Shown here: positions 26,440 to 34,404 of the stretch, piece by piece
Layout of the letters: every line of letters starts with the position of its first letter
Position numbering within the stretch: the stretch's first letter is position 1
DNA from: Bacteroidales bacterium
Lineage (GTDB): Bacteria > Bacteroidota > Bacteroidia > Bacteroidales > B39-G9
NCBI GenBank assembly: GCA_023133485.1
Contig: JAGLWK010000006.1
Span: 12,218-76,217 of the forward strand
DNA length: 64,000 nucleotides
Direction of reading: 5' to 3'
Translations under genes and position numbers: made by a program
The notes under the pieces: model-generated
What the model saw: only the letters and a program-made list of their open reading frames with translations
Databases searched by the model: none
Told to the model about the DNA's origin: nothing

Positions 26440-26640
26440 GTTTTGTTGGTTAAGGCATGGTTCTTTACTTGGCGGTTGGGAGCCGTGCCTTTTTAAAGAC
26501 TTTACTCCTGGCGTGGTGATTAGAAACCTCACAAAAAGGAGTGGTTCGAAGCAAGCCGGTAGTTTATTTAACTGCCGGCAGCTTTCCAAAGTTATCTTGC
26601 TTTGAAATAAGAAAAGAGTTTCTACGCTGATAAGCGGAAT
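26440..26640. other. G+C-rich hairpin-dense non-coding island (candidate origin or structured RNA)
   Basis: I counted 72/160 G+C (45%) for 26441-26600 against 14/60 (23%) for 26341-26400. Stems include AAGGCATGGTTC/GAGCCGTGCCTT (12 bp), ACTCCT/AGGAGT, GCCGGTAGT/ACTGCCGGC (9 bp), CAAAG/CTTTG and CGCT/AGCG. Only overlapping both-strand ORFs are listed here. Confidence 0.5.
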
Positions 26641-26680
26641 AATAAAAAAAATTATTAATGATATAAACAACTTTAATATT

Positions 26681-27097
26681 ATGGATGGAATTCAAACAGC
26701 AATTGACGGAACTTATACCGTATTTTACAAAGAAATTTGGGACAAAAAATTTAAAAAACAAGTAATAATTAGTGATCCAAAACAAGCAAGTTTTATAACT
26801 AATGAATTAAATAAGCAGGAGATCGTCTCATTACTCACAGGATTTTTAAATTATTATGATAAAATATTTTTAATGTATGGAGATGTCAGAGACAAGAAGA
26901 AAAATATTGTTTTATTATTTAAAAAACTTGATAATATTAAAAAATCTGATATTAATATATTTTTCAAACAAGTTATAGAAGTTCTACCTGAATTTTTTGA
27001 TATAATAACTACAGAAAAAAGCAAATCTTATATAACACAATTTAACAAAATTAACAAAATCAAAGACGTTTGTCAGACGTTTGAAAACGTTGCTTAA
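26681..27097 (+). CDS. hypothetical protein
   Basis: 138-aa ORF immediately upstream of the Rep iterons. Confidence 0.45.
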   Translation: MDGIQTAIDGTYTVFYKEIWDKKFKKQVIISDPKQASFITNELNKQEIVSLLTGFLNYYDKIFLMYGDVRDKKKNIVLLFKKLDNIKKSDINIFFKQVIEVLPEFFDIITTEKSKSYITQFNKINKIKDVCQTFENVA

Positions 27098-27234
27098 ACG
27101 AACGTTTCATTAAGCAAGAAAAAATCAACGTAAATAGCTAATTTTCAACGTCTTAACCCTTCCTTGTTAATAAAGGAACAGGTTTGACATTTAGGACGTT
27201 GCTTAAACGTTTGAAATAGTTGCTTAAACGAACT
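27060..27234. promoter_or_regulatory. iteron/hairpin cluster upstream of Rep
   Basis: TTGCTTAAACG occurs at 27090-27100, 27199-27209 and 27220-27230. An inverted TTAAGCAA at 27110-27117 can form an 8-bp hairpin with copy 1. GACGTTTG occurs twice (27065, 27076) and CGTTTGAAA twice (27078, 27207). Confidence 0.55.
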
Positions 27235-28605
27235 ATGTTTTTTATGAAAAAAAGCTTTGATATAAAAAAATACAACCGGGTTAGGTCAAATGTTGTTTCT
27301 GCTTTAAGGAGAAAAAACCTAAGATTGATAAAAGATGTTGGAAATTTTATAAAAAACAATGATTTACCCGAAGAACAAGTCAATCATTTAAGACGATTAT
27401 GTAGAAATATTGGTTTTTGTGCTTTTTTTTCTCTTTACAGTGATGATTTGGTTAGTGGTGAGAAAAAATATTACAGTAGCTATTCCTGCGATAATAAAAA
27501 TTGCAATATCTGTAATTGGTTAAGACAGAAAAGAATAAGAAGAAAATATACAAAATGGTTTAAAAACAATGAAAAGTTGGTTGTTCTTAATAATAAAAAA
27601 AGGAATGTAAGAAAGATTGTTACAACAACTCAGTATAACGATAAATATAAAAACAATAACAATTATGAATTTATTAAATATTGTGAGTATGATGTAATGA
27701 GTATTACGTTAACCGTGCCGCATTATAAAGATATTGGATTTAATGGAAGTAAATATTATTTTAATGAGATTATTGGACTATTCAGGGATCTTTATAAAAA
27801 CAAAGAATTTAAAGAGTGGGTGTATGGCGGTGAGTATGGAATAGAAGCAACACGGACAGATAAAAACGGTTGGAATATTCACATGCACGGATTATTACTT
27901 GTTAAACGAGAGATACAGAATCGTAATAAGTTGCATAAAGTTATTTTAAAAATATGGAATGAATTATCTGTAAATAAAGAAAGTAAGCGTTTGTTTTTTT
28001 CCCGGGAAGCCATTAGTAAAATAAAAAAATCAAATAAAATGATTGATGAAAATTATATAAATCAATTAAATCCACAAGGTGCAACAATGCTCACTATTGA
28101 AACAATTTATAGTTTAAGGAAAGGCGAAAAAGTAAGAACAAACAATATTGCAAGTGATGCAATGATGAAAGCAGTAAGAGAAGCTATATCATATCATTTT
28201 GAGCCACAATGTTTTGATAAAGACACAAAAGAATTTCGACTTGATGAGTTAGCAGAGATATTACCAAAAGTTTACAGAAAAGTTCTTTACAGAAAATTTG
28301 GTTGTTTTTATGGCGAAAAGGAACTTAACGTTAATTATAAGGAAGAAAGATTATTAGAAGATTTAAAAGATGCAACCGAGATTATTGCAGACGAAGATAC
28401 AGGAGAAATATTAAGCGAATTTGAATTTTTTATATGCGACCCTGCAAGAGTATTTCATAATACCGAAAAGGAACTTGAAATTGTTTTGAGTAAAGAAGCC
28501 AAGAGAGACATATTAAAACTTGAAGCAGGTTCATCGGCAATAGCTCTTGATATTATGAGTCAATTAGTATTAGAGAAAATAAAATCAAAATATACAAACA
28601 ATTAA
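27235..28605 (+). CDS. HUH-type rolling-circle replication initiator (Rep)-like protein
   Basis: It carries the ordered RCR motifs MSITLTVPH (motif 1-like), WNIHMHGLLLV (HUH) and REAISYHFEP (candidate catalytic Tyr), plus an N-terminal Cys cluster CDNKNCNICNW. The ATG at 27235 is preferred to the listed TTG at 27220. Confidence 0.6.
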   Translation: MFFMKKSFDIKKYNRVRSNVVSALRRKNLRLIKDVGNFIKNNDLPEEQVNHLRRLCRNIGFCAFFSLYSDDLVSGEKKYYSSYSCDNKNCNICNWLRQKRIRRKYTKWFKNNEKLVVLNNKKRNVRKIVTTTQYNDKYKNNNNYEFIKYCEYDVMSITLTVPHYKDIGFNGSKYYFNEIIGLFRDLYKNKEFKEWVYGGEYGIEATRTDKNGWNIHMHGLLLVKREIQNRNKLHKVILKIWNELSVNKESKRLFFSREAISKIKKSNKMIDENYINQLNPQGATMLTIETIYSLRKGEKVRTNNIASDAMMKAVREAISYHFEPQCFDKDTKEFRLDELAEILPKVYRKVLYRKFGCFYGEKELNVNYKEERLLEDLKDATEIIADEDTGEILSEFEFFICDPARVFHNTEKELEIVLSKEAKRDILKLEAGSSAIALDIMSQLVLEKIKSKYTNN

Positions 28606-28627
28606 TTATTAATTAAAACCTATAATT

Positions 28628-29050
28628 ATGTTAAAATTACAAGTAATTGGCAATCTTGGTTCAGATGCTAAGGTTAACGAAGTAAACGGACGTAAAGCAA
28701 TTAATTTTAATATTGCTGAAAACCGTAATTATAAAGACAAGGAAGGAATTAAACATGAAGTTACAACATGGTTAAATTGTACAATGTGGAAAGATAATAA
28801 CCAGAGTGTTGAAATTGTCAAGTATTTAAAAAAGGGTACAAAGGTTTATATTGAAGGTTTGCCTGCAGTACAAACTTATGTGAATAAAGAAAAGAAAACA
28901 ATTGGCATGTTTGGTTTGAATGTTAGAAACATTGAGTTGTTAAGTAAAAAAACCGAAGAAGAAAGTACATTTGAAAAACCATCAGAGAAAGTAAATAAAA
29001 GTGATATTTCAGAAGAAGCACTTCCTTCTAATGACGGTATGCCGTTTTAA
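28628..29050 (+). CDS. ssb: single-stranded DNA-binding protein
   Basis: OB-fold SSB pattern MLKLQVIGNLGSDAKVNEVNGRKAINFNIAENR...TWLNCTMW...GTKVYIEG...L, followed by an acidic/Pro tail ending DGMPF. Confidence 0.85.
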   Translation: MLKLQVIGNLGSDAKVNEVNGRKAINFNIAENRNYKDKEGIKHEVTTWLNCTMWKDNNQSVEIVKYLKKGTKVYIEGLPAVQTYVNKEKKTIGMFGLNVRNIELLSKKTEEESTFEKPSEKVNKSDISEEALPSNDGMPF

Positions 29051-29064
29051 TTAAAAATGGGGTT

Positions 29065-29370
29065 ATGAATGAAATAAAAAGCAAAGTAATGATAAGATTA
29101 ACCGATGATGGTTTAAAATTGGTTGAATCTTTAAAAATATCTGTTGATGAAACAAGTATGTCAAAATCTTTTATGAAAGCAGCCGATAAGGTTGTTAATG
29201 AGATACCAAGATTAAAAAACAATAACGAAGCTTTAGAAGCAGAAAATAAACTTTTAAAAGAAGGGTATATGTTACTTTATAAGGTTTTGGAAAAAAAGAA
29301 AAATATTGAAAAAGAACTTGATGAAGTAATGAGGGATAGTAGAAATTTATTATTTATTGATATGTATTAA
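29065..29370 (+). CDS. hypothetical coiled-coil protein
   Basis: 101-aa ORF in the operon after ssb. Confidence 0.45.
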   Translation: MNEIKSKVMIRLTDDGLKLVESLKISVDETSMSKSFMKAADKVVNEIPRLKNNNEALEAENKLLKEGYMLLYKVLEKKKNIEKELDEVMRDSRNLLFIDMY

Positions 29371-29372
29371 TT

Positions 29373-29576
29373 ATGAAATATAAAAACGTTTTTACAGATG
29401 ATATTGTAAATATTATTTTAATTAATAGTAAAATAGTTACTTATATTAAAGAAGAACCACAAATTATAATAGAAGGCAAAAAGGAATTTGTAATAAAAGA
29501 ATTTTCAAAACCTTTACACGTATTTCAAAAATGTTATAATAAAGTTTGTTTTGATAGTAAAATATTTTCAAGATAG
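29373..29576 (+). CDS. hypothetical protein
   Basis: 67-aa ORF starting 2 nt after the previous stop. Confidence 0.4.
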   Translation: MKYKNVFTDDIVNIILINSKIVTYIKEEPQIIIEGKKEFVIKEFSKPLHVFQKCYNKVCFDSKIFSR

Positions 29577-29692
29577 TCTGATGAATATCGGAACCGGAAT
29601 TATTAAAAACAGTTTTGCTATCAAATATTATAACCGGACACAATAACTGGTTAGTTTTTTGTTATCAAAATATAAAATAGTTTAATAAATTA

Positions 29693-29721
29693 AAGCCTGA
29701 GTTTTACTTGGGCTTTTTTTT
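29693..29721 (+). terminator. intrinsic terminator ending the replication module
   Basis: AAGCCTGAGT-ttt-ACTTGGGCTT forms a 10-bp stem with two G-U pairs, followed by TTTTTT. Confidence 0.6.
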
Positions 29722-29766
29722 GTTAATAAAGAAGCAGTTTTTTAAAATCTTACTTAAATTTTACTT

Positions 29767-29895
29767 AAACCTTATCGAAACCTTATTTTGATTTTTTTTG
29801 AAAAAAACAAATAATTTGTAAGATATTAATTATTAATATTTTATAAAAACACAACCCTACCTTAAACCTTATCAAAACCTTATATTAAACCTTAT
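29767..29895 (+). promoter_or_regulatory. AAACCTTAT iterons (2 + 3 copies, 11-12 bp phasing)
   Basis: Copies lie at 29767, 29778, 29864, 29875 and 29887, with an inverted ATAAGG at 29913. A TAttTTTG sequence (Bacteroidetes -7 box form TAnnTTTG) lies at 29930-29937, 20 nt before the ATG at 29957. Confidence 0.5.
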
Positions 29896-29956
29896 AGTAT
29901 ATATGCTTTGTTATAAGGAAAATATTATATATTTTTGAGAAAAACAAAAACAAATT

Positions 29957-30148
29957 ATGTCAGATTATCTAACTCCAAGTGAGATACTGACAAAACACAC
30001 ACAGCTACGTACAATTTGGAACAATAAACAAATAGGTTATTTATTGAATTTAAGACTTGTTAAAGGGAAAAAGTTACAACGAACATGTCTTGTTGACGAA
30101 CAAGATGTATTAAATTTGTATAAATTTGTAAAAAGTTCCAAAAAATAA
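29957..30148 (+). CDS. small hypothetical protein (possible DNA-binding)
   Basis: 63-aa ORF after the iterons, at the head of the structural block. Confidence 0.4.
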   Translation: MSDYLTPSEILTKHTQLRTIWNNKQIGYLLNLRLVKGKKLQRTCLVDEQDVLNLYKFVKSSKK

Positions 30149-30301
30149 AATTTTCTTACCATTTAATTACCAACCATTTATAAACTTTATTAACAGCCTG
30201 TTGATAAATTGAGTAACTACTCCGTAATGGGGAGTACTTGCCATGTATTGAATCAGTGTATAGTTTTGTATTAAAATTAAACTAATTAAAATTTTTTTAT
30301 T

Positions 30302-30781
30302 ATGAAACTATTTAGATTTATAATGGCATTTATGTCTTTGATTTTTCAAAGTGTTTGGAAATTCTCACGTGATTATGTAATACCCGTTATTGATTTTATA
30401 AATGTAATTAAGCAAATGCTTGAAATGGAAGTTGATGTTGCAAAATGTTTACTTAATAAAAAAGCATTTGAATATGATTCTTTTTTTATTGAATATCTTA
30501 ATTGTGCTGAAAGTATTATATATAAAATAATGCGAGCTTTTATTGAGAGCGTTAAAGTTTTGGTACCGGATATTGAAGAAACAAAATGGAACGAAATCTT
30601 ACTCGCCCTTGTGGTTTATATTAAAGACTTATCTAAACATCAAAAAGCATATTTATATTTTAAGCTTGCATCATTAATGGTTTTAAAGTTGGCTCCAGAT
30701 AAATATGAATTACATTCGAATCATAGTGATTTTCTTGTCCAATTTAATTATACATATCGCAAAAACAAAAAGAGACAATAG
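30302..30781 (+). CDS. hypothetical protein with hydrophobic N-terminus
   Basis: 159 aa beginning MKLFRFIMAFMSLIFQSVW. Confidence 0.45.
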   Translation: MKLFRFIMAFMSLIFQSVWKFSRDYVIPVIDFINVIKQMLEMEVDVAKCLLNKKAFEYDSFFIEYLNCAESIIYKIMRAFIESVKVLVPDIEETKWNEILLALVVYIKDLSKHQKAYLYFKLASLMVLKLAPDKYELHSNHSDFLVQFNYTYRKNKKRQ

Positions 30782-31257
30782 TGGGGTTTTTATCTGCAAT
30801 ATTAATTGGCTCCGGTGCCATTGCTGCTGTTTCTTATGTAATCAAGGGACTTAACACACAGGCAACCGGCGATGCTTTAACTTCAAAAATAAAGGAAGTT
30901 ATATTTAAAGGTATTAAGATTCGTAATTTTAATGCTTATGTGAACTTTGATATTTCTTTTGAACATACCAATCCAACAAATAAAAATCTGACTTTTAATT
31001 ATATGTTTCTTGATATGTTTATTGGTGATGAGAATATCGCAGAGATACGAAAATCAGATATGAACAAAACTGTATATGCAAATCAGGTTACAAAGATTAA
31101 AATGCCTGTATCCGTATCTGTAAAAGATTTGGGAGTGTCGGTTATAAAAGTATTCAAATCTGGTAATATTCCCGATAAGATAAAGATAAAAGGGAATATA
31201 AAAGTAAACGATTTTGTAAGTGAGTATAACGAAGAATATCCGTTAAAAAAGCAGTAA
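30781..31257 (+). CDS. N-terminally anchored beta-rich protein
   Basis: The GTG start overlaps the previous stop. It has a TM helix FLSAILIGSGAIAAVSYVI followed by beta-strand-like sequence. Confidence 0.5.
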   Translation: MGFLSAILIGSGAIAAVSYVIKGLNTQATGDALTSKIKEVIFKGIKIRNFNAYVNFDISFEHTNPTNKNLTFNYMFLDMFIGDENIAEIRKSDMNKTVYANQVTKIKMPVSVSVKDLGVSVIKVFKSGNIPDKIKIKGNIKVNDFVSEYNEEYPLKKQ

Positions 31258-31260
31258 TAA

Positions 31261-32919
31261 ATGAGTCAACTTGGAGCGATTGAAATATTAAAACAAAATA
31301 AAAAACTTGATTTTTCAGGCTTTAAACCTACATATAAGATACTTGACGACTATAGTCATTTAATAAGTAAAGCTAAAGGCGGACGTGAATTTATTGTTGT
31401 TGGTGGATTAAAAGAAACATTAAAAGTTATAAATAATGTTGTTTCTGATTATCACAATGAAGTTAGTGATCTTGCTGGTTATTTAAGAGACGATAGTAAA
31501 GAGCAGTCGGCTTTTAATGTTTGGCATTGGATGGTAACCAATCTTAAATACAAACTTGACAAAAGAGGTAAGGAAGAAATAAGAACACCTGCAAGGTCGT
31601 ATTTAGATAGGCATTTTGGAATTGATTGTGATGATTATTCTGTTATGGGAGTTTCATTGCTTTATAATATGGGTTATAATCCTGAATTTAATATTGTTGC
31701 ATTTAATTATAAAGAAAATTTCGGACATATATATATTACAGTAAATGGAGTTGTTGTTGATGGAGTTATGAAAAAATTCAACAGGCATCCTGATAATATA
31801 ACTAAAACAAAAATTATGAGTTTAGATATTGAAGTTTTAAAAGGTGTTGATAATATCAATACACTTGATGGTATATGTGGTTTTGGTGCAATTGAACGCG
31901 CCGATACTGTTACACAAAGTTTAATGAACGCGCAGTCCGATTTAGCGAAAAGGGCTGTTGCCGGTGTTGGTGGACTTTCTCCTGAAATGAGAAAAGTCAG
32001 AACAATGGTTTTATTGAATGGTTCTGATGAGAGAGATGTTTTACTTGATGTAATGCCTTATGTTGATGATATTGGTAATAATGGTGAGTTTTATTTTAAA
32101 AACGAAGATGTTGCTGATGCTGTAGAGGAGTATCTTGATGGTATTATTGAAGATGATCTTGTTGAAAATGACGATTTTGAAACCGAATATTATATTGACG
32201 GACTTGGACAATTAGGACGTAGAAGAAGAAAAAGAAGAAGTAAAGCAAGTAGGAGTGTAAGAAAAGTAAAAAGAAAAGCACGAAGAAAAGAATTTTTTAG
32301 CAAGGTTAAAAAAGGAGTTAAGAAAGCTACTAAAAAAGTTGGAAGAAGTCTTGTAAGATTTAATCCTTTAACAATTGCAGCACGTAATGGTTTAATTGTT
32401 GCTTTTGGTGTTAATTTTCGGGGTTTTGCCACAAAGGTTAAAAAGAATCCTAATGCTTATAAAAAAGTTGTTAGGTTTTTTGAAAAAATGGGAGGTAAGA
32501 AAAAAAACCTTGATAAAGCTATTAATAAAGGTGCGGGTAAAAAGGCATTTCTGGGTTTTAAAGGACTTGGTGAGCCTATTACTATTGGTGGGGCAATAAC
32601 TATGGCTATGGGTGCTCTTGTTAAAATCGGGAAATGGCTCGGTGATAAAATATCATCTGTTGATATTAAAAAAATTATTGAACGTAAAAAATCAAAAACA
32701 AGAGACGATATTGACACACCTTCATCTATAACAGAAGAAACTAATTATAAAAACAAAGGATATAATGATCCTGATGAGGAGAAATATATAACCAATATGG
32801 TAGCTACTGAAACTTCAAGGGAAAATCCCGAAGGTGAAGAAGGAAGTAAATTATCAAAATGGATACCTATAGGGATTGCAGCCGTAGGGTTAATAGCATT
32901 ATTAATGTTTAAAAATTAA
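31261..32919 (+). CDS. large structural-module protein: transglutaminase-like Cys-protease-like N-domain, polybasic region, C-terminal TM
   Basis: 552 aa. GIDCDDYSVMGVSLLYNMGY...FGHIYITVNGVVVDG resembles the Cys/His/Asp transglutaminase-like core. It also has RRRRKRRSKASRSVRKVKRKARRKEFFSKVKKGVKKATKK and a terminal helix WIPIGIAAVGLIALLMF. Confidence 0.5.
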   Translation: MSQLGAIEILKQNKKLDFSGFKPTYKILDDYSHLISKAKGGREFIVVGGLKETLKVINNVVSDYHNEVSDLAGYLRDDSKEQSAFNVWHWMVTNLKYKLDKRGKEEIRTPARSYLDRHFGIDCDDYSVMGVSLLYNMGYNPEFNIVAFNYKENFGHIYITVNGVVVDGVMKKFNRHPDNITKTKIMSLDIEVLKGVDNINTLDGICGFGAIERADTVTQSLMNAQSDLAKRAVAGVGGLSPEMRKVRTMVLLNGSDERDVLLDVMPYVDDIGNNGEFYFKNEDVADAVEEYLDGIIEDDLVENDDFETEYYIDGLGQLGRRRRKRRSKASRSVRKVKRKARRKEFFSKVKKGVKKATKKVGRSLVRFNPLTIAARNGLIVAFGVNFRGFATKVKKNPNAYKKVVRFFEKMGGKKKNLDKAINKGAGKKAFLGFKGLGEPITIGGAITMAMGALVKIGKWLGDKISSVDIKKIIERKKSKTRDDIDTPSSITEETNYKNKGYNDPDEEKYITNMVATETSRENPEGEEGSKLSKWIPIGIAAVGLIALLMFKN

Positions 32920-32932
32920 AAATATTTTAGTC

Positions 32933-33499
32933 ATGGCAAATAAAAAAACGGGTTTTATAAGAAAACCAAAAGAATTAAAAAAAACAATGGCAGGTAATTT
33001 AACTAATGCGGTTGTGCGTAATGGTTCCGCACTTGGTGTTGCTGTTGTTAATAATAAGTTTAAAGCAAAACTTCCTGAAAAAGCTCAAAAAATACTTGGT
33101 CCTGCCCAAATGATTTTGGGTGTAATTGGTGAGGCTTATGTAGAACAGCCACAGGCGAGGGCAATAGCTGAGGGTATTGGTGCTGCCGGTACAATTGAAG
33201 CAGCTAAAGCTTTTGATAAAAACAATAAACTTGGGCTTTCCGGTGTGGGTGAGGTTGATAGTGGAAGCTCCGAAAACGAAACGTCTAAAAAAGATGCTGG
33301 CGGTCCCGACTGGGACGAAATGGCAAGACAGGCAGAGGAAGATGTTAGAAATATGGGTGGTGAAGATGAATCTGAATCAGAATCAGAATTGGAGACAGAA
33401 CAGGAAACGGAACAGGAACAAAAACCTCAAAGAGAATATTACGAAGACGAAGAAATAAGAGGTGTTGGCTCTGTTGATGTTGTGGATTTGATGTTATAA
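32933..33499 (+). CDS. hypothetical protein, Gly/Ala-rich hydrophobic core and highly acidic C-terminus
   Basis: 188 aa with a GIGAAGTIEAAKAF region and then EDESESESELETEQETEQEQ. Confidence 0.5.
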   Translation: MANKKTGFIRKPKELKKTMAGNLTNAVVRNGSALGVAVVNNKFKAKLPEKAQKILGPAQMILGVIGEAYVEQPQARAIAEGIGAAGTIEAAKAFDKNNKLGLSGVGEVDSGSSENETSKKDAGGPDWDEMARQAEEDVRNMGGEDESESESELETEQETEQEQKPQREYYEDEEIRGVGSVDVVDLML

Positions 33500-33564
33500 T
33501 ATATTGTTATAAAATATAGTAAAGTAAATTGAATTTAATTTTTAATCTTAAATAAATTTTTATC

Positions 33565-34326
33565 ATGGAAGAAAACGAAGTAGTAGATTATACAGATGTG
33601 CTTCTTGGAATTAACGATGTTGATTCAGAAGAAGAATTAACGGAGCTTGAAGGGCTTGAAGGTCGTAGACGTTTTAGCAGAGGTGCTATGCGAAGATATG
33701 CAGGTAAGAGAGTTCGAAAAGCAGTACAAAAAAAGTATGTTACAAAAGGGCAAGTAAGTATTGCATCTAATTTTGGTGAATTATCAAAACAAACACAGGC
33801 TTTAATGAAGCAAGGTAAAATTCAATATGGTGATGAACCTTTTTATATTAGAAAAGCCATTAGCGGTGGTAGTGGTATTATTGAATTATTTGAAGATTCA
33901 ATTGATAAGTCTTCTGGGGTTACGAATATTTCAAAAGGGAAATTGGCAACTTATATTAATCTTGCATTTGAAAGGATTGAAGTAAATCACGAAACATCAA
34001 CAACTGTTACTGACGTAAAAGATTGTGCGTTTACACCAATGACACCAGCAACTACTGACCTTGCGCTACTGAATGGTGAAATCGAAGTGATTGTTGCGGG
34101 TAAAACTCTTTTAAAAACACCTTTAAATCAGTGTGTGCAACCAAAAAAAGGAATTATAGGAGGTTTAGCAAATGGGTTTAATTTGAAAGCGGTTAAGCTT
34201 GTAAAAGAAGATGAGCCTATACAAATTCGTTTGCATATAGCAGCCGGTAAAACAATTGACACAACTGCTGCTAAAAAAGATTTTATTGAAGTTGTTATGC
34301 TCGGGGCGTCAACAAAACAGCGGTAG
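33565..34326 (+). CDS. candidate virion protein with Arg/Lys-rich N-terminal arm and beta-rich body
   Basis: 253 aa. An acidic N-terminus is followed by RRRFSRGAMRRYAGKRVRKAVQKKY, and the remainder has alternating hydrophobic beta-like patterns. Confidence 0.5.
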   Translation: MEENEVVDYTDVLLGINDVDSEEELTELEGLEGRRRFSRGAMRRYAGKRVRKAVQKKYVTKGQVSIASNFGELSKQTQALMKQGKIQYGDEPFYIRKAISGGSGIIELFEDSIDKSSGVTNISKGKLATYINLAFERIEVNHETSTTVTDVKDCAFTPMTPATTDLALLNGEIEVIVAGKTLLKTPLNQCVQPKKGIIGGLANGFNLKAVKLVKEDEPIQIRLHIAAGKTIDTTAAKKDFIEVVMLGASTKQR

Positions 34327-34404
34327 TTTATTTTATTTATAAGTATGTTTGATTAATAATAAGGAGGTGTTTTAAAAGCACCTCTTTATTTAAAAATTAC
34401 TAAT

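Noticed and set aside
26398-26670. ORFs 26398-26670 (-), 26408-26605 (+) and 26564-26785 (-) as protein-coding genes
   Set aside because: They overlap each other on both strands within the G+C-rich hairpin island. Their products are low-complexity with odd composition, and the open frames are better explained by locally reduced stop-codon frequency.
33177-33458. Alternative-frame ORF within 32933-33499, and the basic ORFs 32190-32432 (-), 32396-32599 (+) and 32457-32717 (-) within 31261-32919
   Set aside because: They are frame shadows of the acidic GA(A/G)-rich and basic AA(A/G)-rich tracts of the main genes. The main frames are longer and fit the operon.
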